Assembly: GCA_963744095.1 (NCBI GenBank)
Contig: CAVUSH010000006.1
Span: 389,670-453,669, forward strand
DNA: 64,000 nt
Source of the DNA: an uncultured Chloroflexia bacterium
Lineage (GTDB): Bacteria > Chloroflexota > Limnocylindria > Limnocylindrales > CSP1-4
Direction: 5' to 3'
Under the pieces are notes generated by a model. That model did not search any database. It saw only the letters and a list, made by a program, of their open reading frames with translations, and was not told the origin of the DNA. Shown piece by piece: positions 45,900-54,969 of the stretch; position 1 is the first letter of the stretch; every line of letters begins with the position of its first letter. The position numbers and the translations under genes are program-made.

Positions 45900-45985
45900 G
45901 TCTGCGACTCGAACGCCAGCAGCGGGTGCCCGGTCGCGACCGCGGCCTCGAGCACCGTCCCTGACTCCCCGTAGACCGCCGTGGA
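45900..45985 (-). pseudogene. short remnant of a paralogue of the cyclase/ATPase/TPR gene
   Basis: The minus-strand frame reads TAVYGESGTVLEAAVATGHPLLAFES. Compare AAVYRESADVLEAAIATGDRVLIFEA encoded at ~36020-36100. The DNA is about 75% identical over ~80 nt, and there is no start or continuation. Confidence 0.35.
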
Positions 45986-46041
45986 TCCGCGCCGCGGCGA
46001 CGGAGACTGGCTACGATCGGGCTCCGCCGCAGGGAGTCGAC

Positions 46042-46819
46042 ATGGAAGCGCAGCAGCCGAACCACCCCGCCGAGCCGCCCGCTTCTCCGATGCCTCCCGC
46101 CCCTCCGATGCCCCTGGAGGGGACCGAGTGGCGGCTGACCGACTACCTCGGGCCCGCGGGGGCGCTCGTCCCCGTCGCCGGGGACATCATGGCGACGGCA
46201 ACGTTCGACGGCGGGGCCGTGGCCGGCAGCACGGGCTGCAACCGCTACCACGGCACCTACGTCGCCGACGGGGACGCGCTCTCGGTCGGCCCCCTGGCGA
46301 TGACGATGATGGCCTGCGAGCCGGAACGGACGGCGGTCGAGCGGGCGTTCACGGGCGGGCTCGCGGCTGCCGTCGCCTACGCGATCGACGGCGGGACGCT
46401 GGTGCTGACCGGCGCCGACGGCCGGGTCGTCCTGCGATTCCGGGCCGCCACGGCGCTGCCACTCGTCGGGACGCGCTGGATTGCCACCGGCATCAACAAC
46501 GGGCGCGGCGGCGTGGTGAGCGCCTTCGAAGGCGCCGAGGTCTCCGCAGTGTTCGGGCCCGACGGCCGCGTCACGGGCTCCGGCGGCTGCAACCGGTGTC
46601 GGTGGCCCGTACGCGATCGACGGCGAGTCGCTCGCGATCGGCCCGCTGGCGACCACGAGGAAGGCCTGCCCGGGGCCCGAGGGGGTCGGCGAGCAGGAGT
46701 CCGCCTACTTCGCGGCGCTCGGCCGGGTCGCGACCTGGTTGATCCGCGAGGGCCAGCTCGAGCTCCGCGCCGCGGACGGCGCCCTCCAGGTGGCATTCCG
46801 CGCGGCCGACGCCGGGTAA
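46042..46819 (+). CDS. tandem META-domain (HslJ-like) protein, frame broken by an extra T at 46597
   Basis: The first META domain is GTEWRLTDYLG...STGCNRYHGTYVADGDALSVGPLAMTMMAC. The second is TRWIATGINNG...GSGGCNR followed, after a +1 shift, by VGGPYAIDGESLAIGPLATTRKACPGPEGVGEQESAYFAAL... The stop is TAA 46817-46819. Confidence 0.8.
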
Positions 46820-47090
46820 CCAACCGGCTGCGTGCCGGGTGGCCGCGCCGCCGGGTGGCCGCGGTTCGGGGGCGGTCTCGCCGGTGACGGCGCCCGCAAT
46901 TGACACCATCGAACGATTCCGCAGCTTCCGTGCTCACGATTCCCGCCGAGGTCGCCGGTCGGCGAATGTCCACGCTCGGGCATCAGGGATCCGATCGATG
47001 GGATCGATTGCGCCGTCCGCCCGACCGGGCGGGCGACGGCTGGCAGCGAGCTCGACGGCGCCCCACCGGCCCGCCGTCGCAGAACGGGTC

Positions 47091-47139
47091 TTGACACGGC
47101 GGCCCAAGGCCGGTATATATCGCGCCACGATATATCGTG
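47091..47139 (+). promoter_or_regulatory. near-consensus promoter plus 14-bp perfect palindrome (candidate PadR operator)
   Basis: TTGACA (47091-47096), a 17-nt spacer and TATATA (47114-47119). The palindrome CACGATATATCGTG sits at 47126-47139, over the expected transcription start. ATATATCG is also directly repeated at 47114 and 47130. Confidence 0.6.
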
Positions 47140-47163
47140 AAGCGTAAGAAAGGTCCTCCACAC

Positions 47164-47487
47164 ATGGTCACGCCGCTCCCGGAGCTCGGCCGGTTCGCCG
47201 AGCCGGCGCTCCTCATCATGGTCAGCCTGTCCGACGGTCCCAAGCACGGCTACGCGATCATGGCCGACGTCGAGAAGGGGACCGGGCGGCCGATGGGTCC
47301 CGGGACCCTCTACGCGGCCTTGGCCCGGCTCGAGGAGCGCGGCTTCGTCGAGGCGCTCCCACCCGTCGATCGGCGGCGGCCGTATCGCCTGACGGCACTG
47401 GGTGCCACCACGGTTGCCGAGCAGCTCCGCGAGCTGTCGGCCTTCGCCGAGCTCGGCCTGCGCCGGCTCGGGCAGTCACCCGGCTGA
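47164..47487 (+). CDS. PadR-family transcriptional regulator
   Basis: ...ALLIMVSLSDGPKHGYAIMADVEKGTGRPMGPGTLYAALARLEERGFVEAL...RRRPYRLT. Confidence 0.9.
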   Translation: MVTPLPELGRFAEPALLIMVSLSDGPKHGYAIMADVEKGTGRPMGPGTLYAALARLEERGFVEALPPVDRRRPYRLTALGATTVAEQLRELSAFAELGLRRLGQSPG

Positions 47488-47503
47488 CAGGGCGACGCGT
47501 CCC

Positions 47504-48262
47504 ATGATCGCCCTCCTCCTCCGCCTCTATCCCGCCGGCTGGCGTGCCCGCTACGGCGACGAGTTCGGGGCGCTCCTCGCGGAGCGGCCCCTGGGCCCGT
47601 TCGACGTGGCCGACGTCCTGCTCGGCGCGCTCGATGCCCACCTCCACCTGCGGGGGCTGGGCTCCTGGTCCGAACATCGAAGGGGGTTCCCCATGTCGCT
47701 CCGCCTCGGAGGGATTGCCGCCGCGATCGGCGGTGCCATGTTGTTTGCCGGCTTCCTGTGGACCGTGGCCGACCCCGCGGACCAGGATCCCGGCGGCGCC
47801 CTCGGCCTGCTCGGGTCGATCGTGCTTCTCATCGGCCTGACCGGGCTCAGCGCGTTCCAGGCCCGCACCCACCGGGCTCTCGTTTGGGCGGCGTTCGCGC
47901 TGCCGGCCCTCGGCGGCGTCCTGACGGCGGCCGGCCTCCTCCAGATGGGCCTGGTCGGCGACCAGCCCGTCGCGGGGATCTACGGCTGGAGCCTTCTCAT
48001 CATCGGGTTGATCGCGATCATCGTGGGCTCGCTGCTGTTCGCGATCGCGACGTATCGAACGGCCGCCCTGCCGCGCTCGGGGGCGGCGATCCTGGGGATC
48101 ACCGCGGCCGTCTCGGTGGTCTCGTTCGTTACTGCCTCGAGCCTTGCCGGAGCTCAGCCCGTCCTGGAGGCCGGGCTCGGTGCGTTCGCGCTCGGCTGGG
48201 TCGTCCTCGGCCTGCAGGCGATCCGCCTGGATCGCCCGGTCATGGCCACAGGAGCCGCCTGA
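47504..48262 (+). CDS. PadR-associated membrane protein, paralogue A1
   Basis: MIALLLRLYPAGWRARYGDEFGALLAERPLGPFDVADVLLGALDAHLHL... is followed by 6 TM segments. Confidence 0.75.
   Translation: MIALLLRLYPAGWRARYGDEFGALLAERPLGPFDVADVLLGALDAHLHLRGLGSWSEHRRGFPMSLRLGGIAAAIGGAMLFAGFLWTVADPADQDPGGALGLLGSIVLLIGLTGLSAFQARTHRALVWAAFALPALGGVLTAAGLLQMGLVGDQPVAGIYGWSLLIIGLIAIIVGSLLFAIATYRTAALPRSGAAILGITAAVSVVSFVTASSLAGAQPVLEAGLGAFALGWVVLGLQAIRLDRPVMATGAA
47505..47725 (+). repeat. ~220-bp near-identical direct repeat, copy 1 (5' end of paralogue A1)
   Basis: About four mismatches to 49003-49223 (offset 1498 bp). The remainders of the two genes are only moderately similar. Confidence 0.8.
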
Positions 48263-48349
48263 CCGACGCGACCTACGGGGGCAGCGGCGCCCGGATTGCC
48301 TGCGCGGTGATCGAACCCGACTGAAGGAGCAACGGGAGGGGGGACTCAG

Positions 48350-48979
48350 GTGCCAGTCGTGGCTCGCTCGTTGACGGCATCGCCGTTCGGCTCGAACCGC
48401 CTGCTCGGGCTGGCCGGCATCGTCGGCGGCGCCGTCCTGCTCGTCGCGTTCGTGGTCGACATCGCCCCGGAGCTCAATTCCCTGCGGCTGATCCTCTACA
48501 ACGTCGGCGCGGTTGCGATCATCGCAGCGGTCCACCTTCTCCAATCGCCGATCGCCCCCAGGCTGGCGCTCCTCGGTGCGGTGCCGGCGCTCGTCGCCAA
48601 CGTGGGGCACCTCGTGATGATCGTCCTCGCGACAGGCCGGCCCGAGCCGATCGGCGCCGGCGCCTTCGGGCTCGTCTACTTCTGGGTCACGATGGCGATG
48701 TGGCTGACCGATGCCTGGTTCGGGGTCGTGACCCTCCGGCTCGGCGTCGTGTCACGGGTCGGGGCGCTGACCCTGGCGATCGGATCCGTGCTCGCGTTCA
48801 CGGGGCTGGATCGCCTCGGGCTCGTGTCCTCCGCCAGTCCGACCGTCTTCAACACCCTCGCGCTCGCCGGCATCGCCGTCCACGGGATCGGCTGGATCCT
48901 CCTCGGGATCGACGTCGCGACGCGACGGCAAGCTCTCGCGTCGCCACAACACGACGGGGCTCCGGATGGCTGGCCCTGA
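48350..48979 (+). CDS. hypothetical 6-TM membrane protein
   Basis: 209-aa hydrophobic ORF between the two paralogues. It overlaps the next start by 14 nt. Confidence 0.65.
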   Translation: MPVVARSLTASPFGSNRLLGLAGIVGGAVLLVAFVVDIAPELNSLRLILYNVGAVAIIAAVHLLQSPIAPRLALLGAVPALVANVGHLVMIVLATGRPEPIGAGAFGLVYFWVTMAMWLTDAWFGVVTLRLGVVSRVGALTLAIGSVLAFTGLDRLGLVSSASPTVFNTLALAGIAVHGIGWILLGIDVATRRQALASPQHDGAPDGWP

Positions 48980-49766
48980 GCGGACCGACAGGGCGCGTCC
49001 CCTGATCGCCCTCCTCCTCCGCCTCTATCCCGCCGGCTGGCGTGCCCGCTACGGCGACGAGTTCGGGGCGCTCCTCGCGGAGCGGCCCCTGGGCCCGTTC
49101 GACGTGGCCGACGTCCTGCTCGGCGCGCTCGACGCCCACCTCCACCTGCGGGGGCTGGGCTCCTGGTCCGAACACCGAAGGGGGTTCCCCATGTCGCTTC
49201 GCCTCGGAGGGATCGCCGCCGCCGCCGGCGGCGTCCTCATCCTCACCGGGTGGGTCTGGGCCGGGCTGGACCCGGCCGACTCTGATCCAGGCTTCTGGTT
49301 CTTCCTGGCCGGCATGATCGCCCTGCTGGTCGGCCTGACCGGCCTCAGCGCCTTCCAGGCCCGCACCCACCCGGCCCTCGTCTGGGCGGCGTTCCTCGTG
49401 CCGGCGATCGGCGGCGCAGTCATGACGCTCGGCCTCATCGCCATGACCGTGTCTCCCGACCGTCCGCTCGTCGGCGACTGGGCAGGCTGGAACTTCTTCT
49501 TCCTCGGCCTGCTGACCACCGTGGCCGGGTCGTTCCTGTTCGCGGTCGCCACGCTCCGGACCCGGGCCCTCCCGCGCGCCGGGGCCGCATTCCTCGCGAT
49601 CGCCTCCGGACTCGCGCTCCTGTCGTTCGTCGGGTCCATGGGCCTGGGCGACTGGCTCCAGCCGGTCTTCATCGCCGGCTTCCTCGCCTTCCCGGTCGGC
49701 TGGATCGTCATGGGCCTCCAGGCAATCCGCCTGGATCGACCCGGCATTGCCACCGGCGCCGCTTGA
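48966..49766 (+). CDS. PadR-associated membrane protein, paralogue A2
   Basis: ...PLIALLLRLYPAGWRARYGDEFGALLAERPLGPFDVADVLLGALDAHLHL... The C-terminal GLQAIRLDRPGIATGAA parallels A1. Confidence 0.75.
   Translation: MAGPERTDRARPLIALLLRLYPAGWRARYGDEFGALLAERPLGPFDVADVLLGALDAHLHLRGLGSWSEHRRGFPMSLRLGGIAAAAGGVLILTGWVWAGLDPADSDPGFWFFLAGMIALLVGLTGLSAFQARTHPALVWAAFLVPAIGGAVMTLGLIAMTVSPDRPLVGDWAGWNFFFLGLLTTVAGSFLFAVATLRTRALPRAGAAFLAIASGLALLSFVGSMGLGDWLQPVFIAGFLAFPVGWIVMGLQAIRLDRPGIATGAA
49003..49223 (+). repeat. ~220-bp near-identical direct repeat, copy 2 (5' end of paralogue A2)
   Basis: See 47505-47725. Confidence 0.8.
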
Positions 49767-49873
49767 CGGCGGGGCCTGGAGACCGCCAGCGTCCAGGCGA
49801 TCGCTCGATGCCCGGTCCGGCAGCCGGAGCATCGCCTTGACATCAGATGCGTTGCATGTGAGCATCACGCATC

Positions 49874-50110
49874 ATGTCGCGTACCACGATCGACATCGAC
49901 CCGACGATCCTGCGCCAGCTGAAGGCGCGCCAACGCCGCGAAGGGAAGACCCTGGGCCGTCTCGTCTCCGAGCTCCTGAGCACGGCGATGCAGGCGGAGG
50001 GCGAAGTTCCGCCGCCCCCCGCCCCGCTGGCCTGGTCATCGCGCCCGATGCGGGCGCTGGTCGACCTCGAAGACCCGGAGGCGGTGCGCCGGGCCCTCGA
50101 CGTCGGATGA
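49874..50110 (+). CDS. vapB: type II antitoxin VapB (ribbon-helix-helix type)
   Basis: MSRTTIDIDPTILRQLKARQRREGKTLGRLVSELL. Upstream lie TTGACA (49837-49842) and the inverted repeat GATGCG-N16-CGCATC (49846-49873). Confidence 0.8.
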   Translation: MSRTTIDIDPTILRQLKARQRREGKTLGRLVSELLSTAMQAEGEVPPPPAPLAWSSRPMRALVDLEDPEAVRRALDVG

Positions 50111-50541
50111 GCTACACGATCGACGCGAACGTCCTCGTGTACGCCTCGGACGAGTCGAGCCCGGTCCACGCGCGGGCCCGGGCTTTCGTCCAGCGCCTCG
50201 CAGACGGCCCGGAGATCGCCTACCTCTTCTGGCCGACGGTCATGGCCTACCTGCGGATCGCGACCCACCCCGCCGTCTTCGCCCGCCCGCTGACCGCCGT
50301 CGAGGCGATCGGCAACGTCGAGCAGCTCCTGGTCCGACCGCACGTCCGGACCACCGGGGAGCAGGAGGGTTACTGGGATCGCTTCCGCGAGGTGGCCGAC
50401 GACGCGATGCCCACCGGGAACCTGGTCCCGGACGCGCACGTCGTCGCGCTGATGCTGGAGAACGACGTGCGGACGATCTGGACGCGCGACCGCGATTACC
50501 GTCGATTCCCGCGCATCGAGGTCCGCGACCCCTTCGCGTAG
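50107..50541 (+). CDS. vapC: type II toxin VapC (PIN domain)
   Basis: The ATG overlaps the vapB stop (ATGA). MSYTIDANVLVYASDESSPVHARA...LVPDAHVVALMLENDVRTIWTRDRDYRRF. Confidence 0.85.
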   Translation: MSYTIDANVLVYASDESSPVHARARAFVQRLADGPEIAYLFWPTVMAYLRIATHPAVFARPLTAVEAIGNVEQLLVRPHVRTTGEQEGYWDRFREVADDAMPTGNLVPDAHVVALMLENDVRTIWTRDRDYRRFPRIEVRDPFA

Positions 50542-50727
50542 GGCGCCCGTCGCGGGCGCACCCGCGCCAGGGGCCGCCTGCGCGGCTGCCCCCGCTCGCA
50601 CCCGCGCCCGGCGCGGCCCTGCCGGCGCCGGGCCTTCCGACCCGGCGAAAGCGTCCGTCCGCCACTGGCCCGGGCGTCCGACGGCCCGCGACCATCCGGC
50701 CCTCAGGTTCCCGCAGCAGGACCGCCC

Positions 50728-51132
50728 GTGCTCGTCCGACTCGTCATCGCCGGCCTTCTCCTGGCCCACGGCGCCATCCACGCCGGCTTCGTCTCGAAGC
50801 GCCCGCCGCAGAAGCCCGGCGCACCGCCGTGGCCGTTCGACCTCGGGCGGTCGTGGCTGCTGACGCGCCTCGGCGCTCCTGCCGGCACGGTGCGCCTCCT
50901 GGGCCTCGCCCTGGTGGCGGCGACAATCGGCGGGTTCGCGCTGGCGGCGCTCGCCACGCTCGGCCTTCTCCCGGCCGATGCCTGGGGGCCGACGGTGGTC
51001 GTCGGATCGTCGACCTCGCTGGCCCTCCTGCTGATCGGCTTCCACCCCTGGCTGATCGCGGGCGTGGCCATCGACCTCCTGCTTCTCTGGGTCGCCCTCG
51101 TGGCGGCCTGGAACCCCGACCTGCTCGTCTGA
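50728..51132 (+). CDS. hypothetical 4-TM membrane protein (similar architecture to 28734-29150)
   Basis: MLVRLVIAGLLLAHGAIHAGFV... 134 aa. Confidence 0.6.
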   Translation: MLVRLVIAGLLLAHGAIHAGFVSKRPPQKPGAPPWPFDLGRSWLLTRLGAPAGTVRLLGLALVAATIGGFALAALATLGLLPADAWGPTVVVGSSTSLALLLIGFHPWLIAGVAIDLLLLWVALVAAWNPDLLV

Positions 51133-51158
51133 TCCGCTCTTGCAGTAGAGGTGCACCG

Positions 51159-51702
51159 ATGCGCGCGCTGGTTGTCTTCGAGTCGATGTTCGGCAACACT
51201 GAGGTGATCGCCCGCGCGATCGCGGAGGGGCTCGCCGCGAACGCGTCCGTCGAGGTGGTCGAGGTGGGCGCCGCGCCCGCGAGCCTCCCGGCCGACCTCG
51301 ATCTCCTGGTGGTCGGCGGCCCGACGCACGCCCACGGGATGTCGAAGCCGGAGTCACGCGCGGATTCGGCGCGGCGCGCCGGCGACCGTCTCGTGTCGAG
51401 GGGCAGCGGGATCCGCGAGTGGCTGGAGTCGCTGCAGGGCGGCTCCGCGACGGTCGCGGCCGCGGCCTTCGACACCCGGATCAAGGGCCCCGGCATTCTC
51501 TGGGGCTCCGCCGCGAAGAGCGCCGACAAGCTGCTCCGCGGGCTCGGCCTTCGCGTGGCGGCGCGGGCCAGAGAGCTTCCTCGTCGATGGGCCGACCGGA
51601 CCGCTCTTCGACCGCCTGGTCGACGGCGAGACGGATCGCGCCCGCCGGTGGGGCGAGGCGCTCGGGCTCAAGGTCCGCGGCCGGGTGCCGACCGCACGCT
51701 GA
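51159..51702 (+). CDS. flavodoxin-family protein, frame broken at ~51564-51570
   Basis: MRALVVFESMFGNTEVIARAIAEGL...LLVVGGPTHAHGMS...KLLRGLGLRVAA is followed, after a +1 shift, by PESFLVDGPTGPLFDRLVDGETDRARRWGEALGLKVRGRVPTAR-stop (51700-51702). Confidence 0.8.
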
Positions 51703-51789
51703 CCCGCCCTGCGCGGGCCGCGCAGGCGCTGCGCGGGGCGCGCGGCCGCCGCTCGGCCCGACGCCGTCCAGCCCGACGCCGCCCAGCCG

Positions 51790-52827
51790 CTACGCGGTGC
51801 CGCGCCGCGTGTGCAGGACCACCCGCGTGAACGGGATCCGGATCTCGCGGAAGACCTCGATCGAGACGAGGAAGCCCGCGAACAGGAAGACGACGCCCAG
51901 GAGCTCGCCGAGGAAGAATGCCTCGGTCGCCCCGAAGCGCGCCAGGCTGCCCGTCAGCGACGGGAAGAACCCCCCGAGCGCGATGAGGATCGTGGCCGGG
52001 ACGCGCGAGTTCAGCTCGCCCCGGAAGAGAGCCCCGATCGCGCCGGGGATCGAGGCGACGAGGTTGACGGTGATGGCCACGGGCGCGATCGCCAGGTTGA
52101 CGAGGAAGGGTCCAACGCCCCGGTCGCGCCGCAGGTCGTAGCGGACCAGGCGACGCTTCGGGATGAAGACGTAGGTCGAGTAGAGCGCGCCGAGGACCAG
52201 GGCGAACCCGCCGGTGATGTTGAAGAACGGCGTCAGCAGGCGGACGTAGCCGGGGAAGAGCTCGCCGCTGGGGATGCCGGTTGCCGTGTCCAGGGCGTAA
52301 CCAGGTGCGGCGAGCGGCGCGAGCGCCACCATCGGGATGGAGGCCAGGGTCCCGGCGACGATCAGCCCGCCGGCCAGGCGAGCCCAGCCGCCCTTCGCCC
52401 GGTAGGTCTCCACGCCGATCGCCACGGCTGCGATGACGGCGATCAGGAGGTAGACGTACGGGGACGCGCCGCTGTCGGGGTAGTCGTTCTTCCGCCAGGA
52501 GAGGAACGTGAAGAGGCCGGCGAGGACGACGGAGACGGCCGCGCCGTAGCCGAAACGCGTCTTCGCGAGCAGGTACATCGTGCCAAGGCCCAGCCAGCCG
52601 GCCACCCAGACGGCGCCGGTCAGATACCAGGCGCGGTAGAGCGGCTCGCTCCAGCCGAATGCGCCGCCCAGGAACTCCGTCCCCGCCGCGACGCCGTACA
52701 TGAGCATGCCGAGCGTCCAGATCAGCTGGTACGGCTTCCTGCGCTCACGCCACTGGTCAAGGAGGAAGAGCGCGAAGACGAAGCTCAGCAGGGACGACGC
52801 GAACGGGAGGAAGACGTTCGGCTCCAT
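51790..52827 (-). CDS. hypothetical polytopic membrane protein (~10 TM)
   Basis: MEPNVFLPFASSLLSFVFALFLLDQW... 345 aa of hydrophobic ORF. Confidence 0.65.
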   Translation of the reverse strand: MEPNVFLPFASSLLSFVFALFLLDQWRERRKPYQLIWTLGMLMYGVAAGTEFLGGAFGWSEPLYRAWYLTGAVWVAGWLGLGTMYLLAKTRFGYGAAVSVVLAGLFTFLSWRKNDYPDSGASPYVYLLIAVIAAVAIGVETYRAKGGWARLAGGLIVAGTLASIPMVALAPLAAPGYALDTATGIPSGELFPGYVRLLTPFFNITGGFALVLGALYSTYVFIPKRRLVRYDLRRDRGVGPFLVNLAIAPVAITVNLVASIPGAIGALFRGELNSRVPATILIALGGFFPSLTGSLARFGATEAFFLGELLGVVFLFAGFLVSIEVFREIRIPFTRVVLHTRRGTA

Positions 52828-53100
52828 GGCCCTCTTCTCCGCCGGGCGACCCCTGGGACGCGGGGGACGCGGGGGACGCTGGTGGACCGCCCGGCTCTGC
52901 GTGGGCTCCGACACCTCAGGAGCCCGACTGGACCGAACGGTAGGTTCGGCGCCGGGGCGCCTCAATGTGCCCGGCGATCCGACTTTGGCGCGCAGCCGGA
53001 CCATTCGGGGGGTATCGGCCGATAGAGCGATGCCGTTCGCCGCGTCCGAGACCGCGTCATCCGGGGCTCGCGGTCACCAGCAGCGCGACCAGGCAGCACA

Positions 53101-54849
53101 TCAGGCGATCCCACCCTCGGCGGCGAGCTGCTCGGCGGCCTCCGCCGGGAGCCAGAACCAGCGCAGGTGCTCGAAGTCCGGACCAACGGGGAGGGGTCCC
53201 GCCACGCCTTCCGGCGTGGGCGGGGGCGTGGCGAGAAGGGCCCGCGCCTCCTCCAGGTAGGCGCCGAGGCGCGACTCCGGCTCGCGGTGGCGATGGGCCG
53301 CGTACCGCATGGCCCCCTTCTCGTAGCGGACGCCCAGGAGCGAGAGCGGCGGTTCCACGGTGCCGCCGCGATGGAGCCAGAGCCCGGTGAGCGGGTCGAA
53401 GCGGTACTGCGGCAGGAGGCGCCAGCCCTCGCGGGCGACCAGGTCGACCGACTCGAGCACGAAATCGAAGACGGCCTCGCTGATGAAGTAGTTGAAGTTG
53501 ACCCGGACCCAGCCCGGCTTGATCCCCTCGCAGCCGCGGGCGATCTCGCGCTCGAACTCGCGGGAGCGCTCCAGGTCGATCCCGAGGAGCCGGTGGCCGT
53601 ACGGCCCGGCGCACGAGCAGCCGCCGCGGGCCTGGATGCCGAAGAGGTCGTTGAGGAGCGCGACGACGTAGTTGTGGTGGAGGTAGCGGCCCTCGTGGCG
53701 GACGACGAACGAGACGATCGACAGCCGGGGGAGGGCCGGGTTGCCCAGGATCTCCAGGGCCGGGTTCGCCCGCCAGCGCTCGATCGCCCGGCGGATGAAG
53801 TCCTCCTCGCGCTCCCGGATCGCGGCCACGCCGACGGCTTCCTTGAGCTGGAAGACGAGGCCGGCCCGGATCAATTCGACGATCGCCGGCGTGCCGCCCT
53901 CCTCCCGGTGCTCCACGTCGTCGAGGTAGACGTGCTCGGTGGGGTTGACGTAGGCGACGGTGCCGCCGCCGGGCACCGTGGGGACGCGATTGCGGAAGAG
54001 GTCGCGGCGGGCGACGAGGATGCCCGGCGTGCCGGGCCCGCCGATGAGCTTGTGGGGCGAGATGAAGATCGCGTCCTTGGTGTCGAGGGCGGCGTCGGCC
54101 GGGTCGCCGTCGGACGGGGAGCCGTCGGGCGCCGGCCGCCGCGGCGCCATCTCGACCTCGACGTACGGCGCGCTGGCGGCGAAGTCCCAGAACGAGAGCG
54201 CGCCGTGGCGGTGCAGCAGGACCGAGATCGCCCGCGTGTCGGACAGGATGCCGGTGACGTTGGAGGCCGCCGAGAAGCTGCCGATCCGCAGCGGCCGGCC
54301 GGCGTGGCGGACCAGCTCGGCCTCCAGGCGGGCGAGGTCGATTCGTCCGTCGGCGTCCTCCGGGATCGTGATGACGTCGGCGATCGACTCGCGCCAGGGG
54401 AGCTCGTTGCTGTGATGCTCGTAGGGGCCGATGAAGACGACCGGGCGCTCCGCGGCGGGGATCCGGGCGGCCAGGCCGTACCGCTCGTCCAGCTCGGCCG
54501 GGAGCCGCAGCCCCAGGACGTGGACGAGGCGGTCGATGGCGGCGGTCGAGCCGGACCCGACGAAGATGACGACGTGCTCGTCGGTCGCCCCGACGGCGTC
54601 CTTCACGATCTGGCGCGCCTCGGCCCGGAAGCGGGTCGTCTGGAGCCCGGTGCCCGACGATTCGGTGTGGGTGTTCGCGTACAGGGGAAGCACGGCGTCG
54701 CGGAGGTAGTCCTCGATGAAGGTGAGGCTCCGGCCGGACGCGGTGTAGTCCGCGTACGTCACCCGGCGCACGCCGAACGGGCCGGCCACGGCCTCGTCGT
54801 CGCCGACGACGGAGCGGCGGATGGTCTCGATGAGGGGGGTCGCGTCCAT
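53101..54849 (-). CDS. aminotransferase class V-fold PLP-dependent enzyme (cysteine desulfurase/selenocysteine lyase-like, long form)
   Basis: 582-aa ORF. ...VTYADYTASGRSL...YANTHTESSGTG...VIFVGSGSTAAID...FSAASNVTGIL...FISPHKLIGGPGTPGILV. Confidence 0.8.
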   Translation of the reverse strand: MDATPLIETIRRSVVGDDEAVAGPFGVRRVTYADYTASGRSLTFIEDYLRDAVLPLYANTHTESSGTGLQTTRFRAEARQIVKDAVGATDEHVVIFVGSGSTAAIDRLVHVLGLRLPAELDERYGLAARIPAAERPVVFIGPYEHHSNELPWRESIADVITIPEDADGRIDLARLEAELVRHAGRPLRIGSFSAASNVTGILSDTRAISVLLHRHGALSFWDFAASAPYVEVEMAPRRPAPDGSPSDGDPADAALDTKDAIFISPHKLIGGPGTPGILVARRDLFRNRVPTVPGGGTVAYVNPTEHVYLDDVEHREEGGTPAIVELIRAGLVFQLKEAVGVAAIREREEDFIRRAIERWRANPALEILGNPALPRLSIVSFVVRHEGRYLHHNYVVALLNDLFGIQARGGCSCAGPYGHRLLGIDLERSREFEREIARGCEGIKPGWVRVNFNYFISEAVFDFVLESVDLVAREGWRLLPQYRFDPLTGLWLHRGGTVEPPLSLLGVRYEKGAMRYAAHRHREPESRLGAYLEEARALLATPPPTPEGVAGPLPVGPDFEHLRWFWLPAEAAEQLAAEGGIA

Positions 54850-54969
54850 CCGCGGATCGTAGCCCCCGCCGAGCGAGCGCTGGCGGCGACACTGCGGCCG
54901 CCATCGCGGCGCCGGGCGTGCCCACTGCGAGCCGCTCGCGAGCTCGGCGCATCCGCCGCGGAGCGTGGG

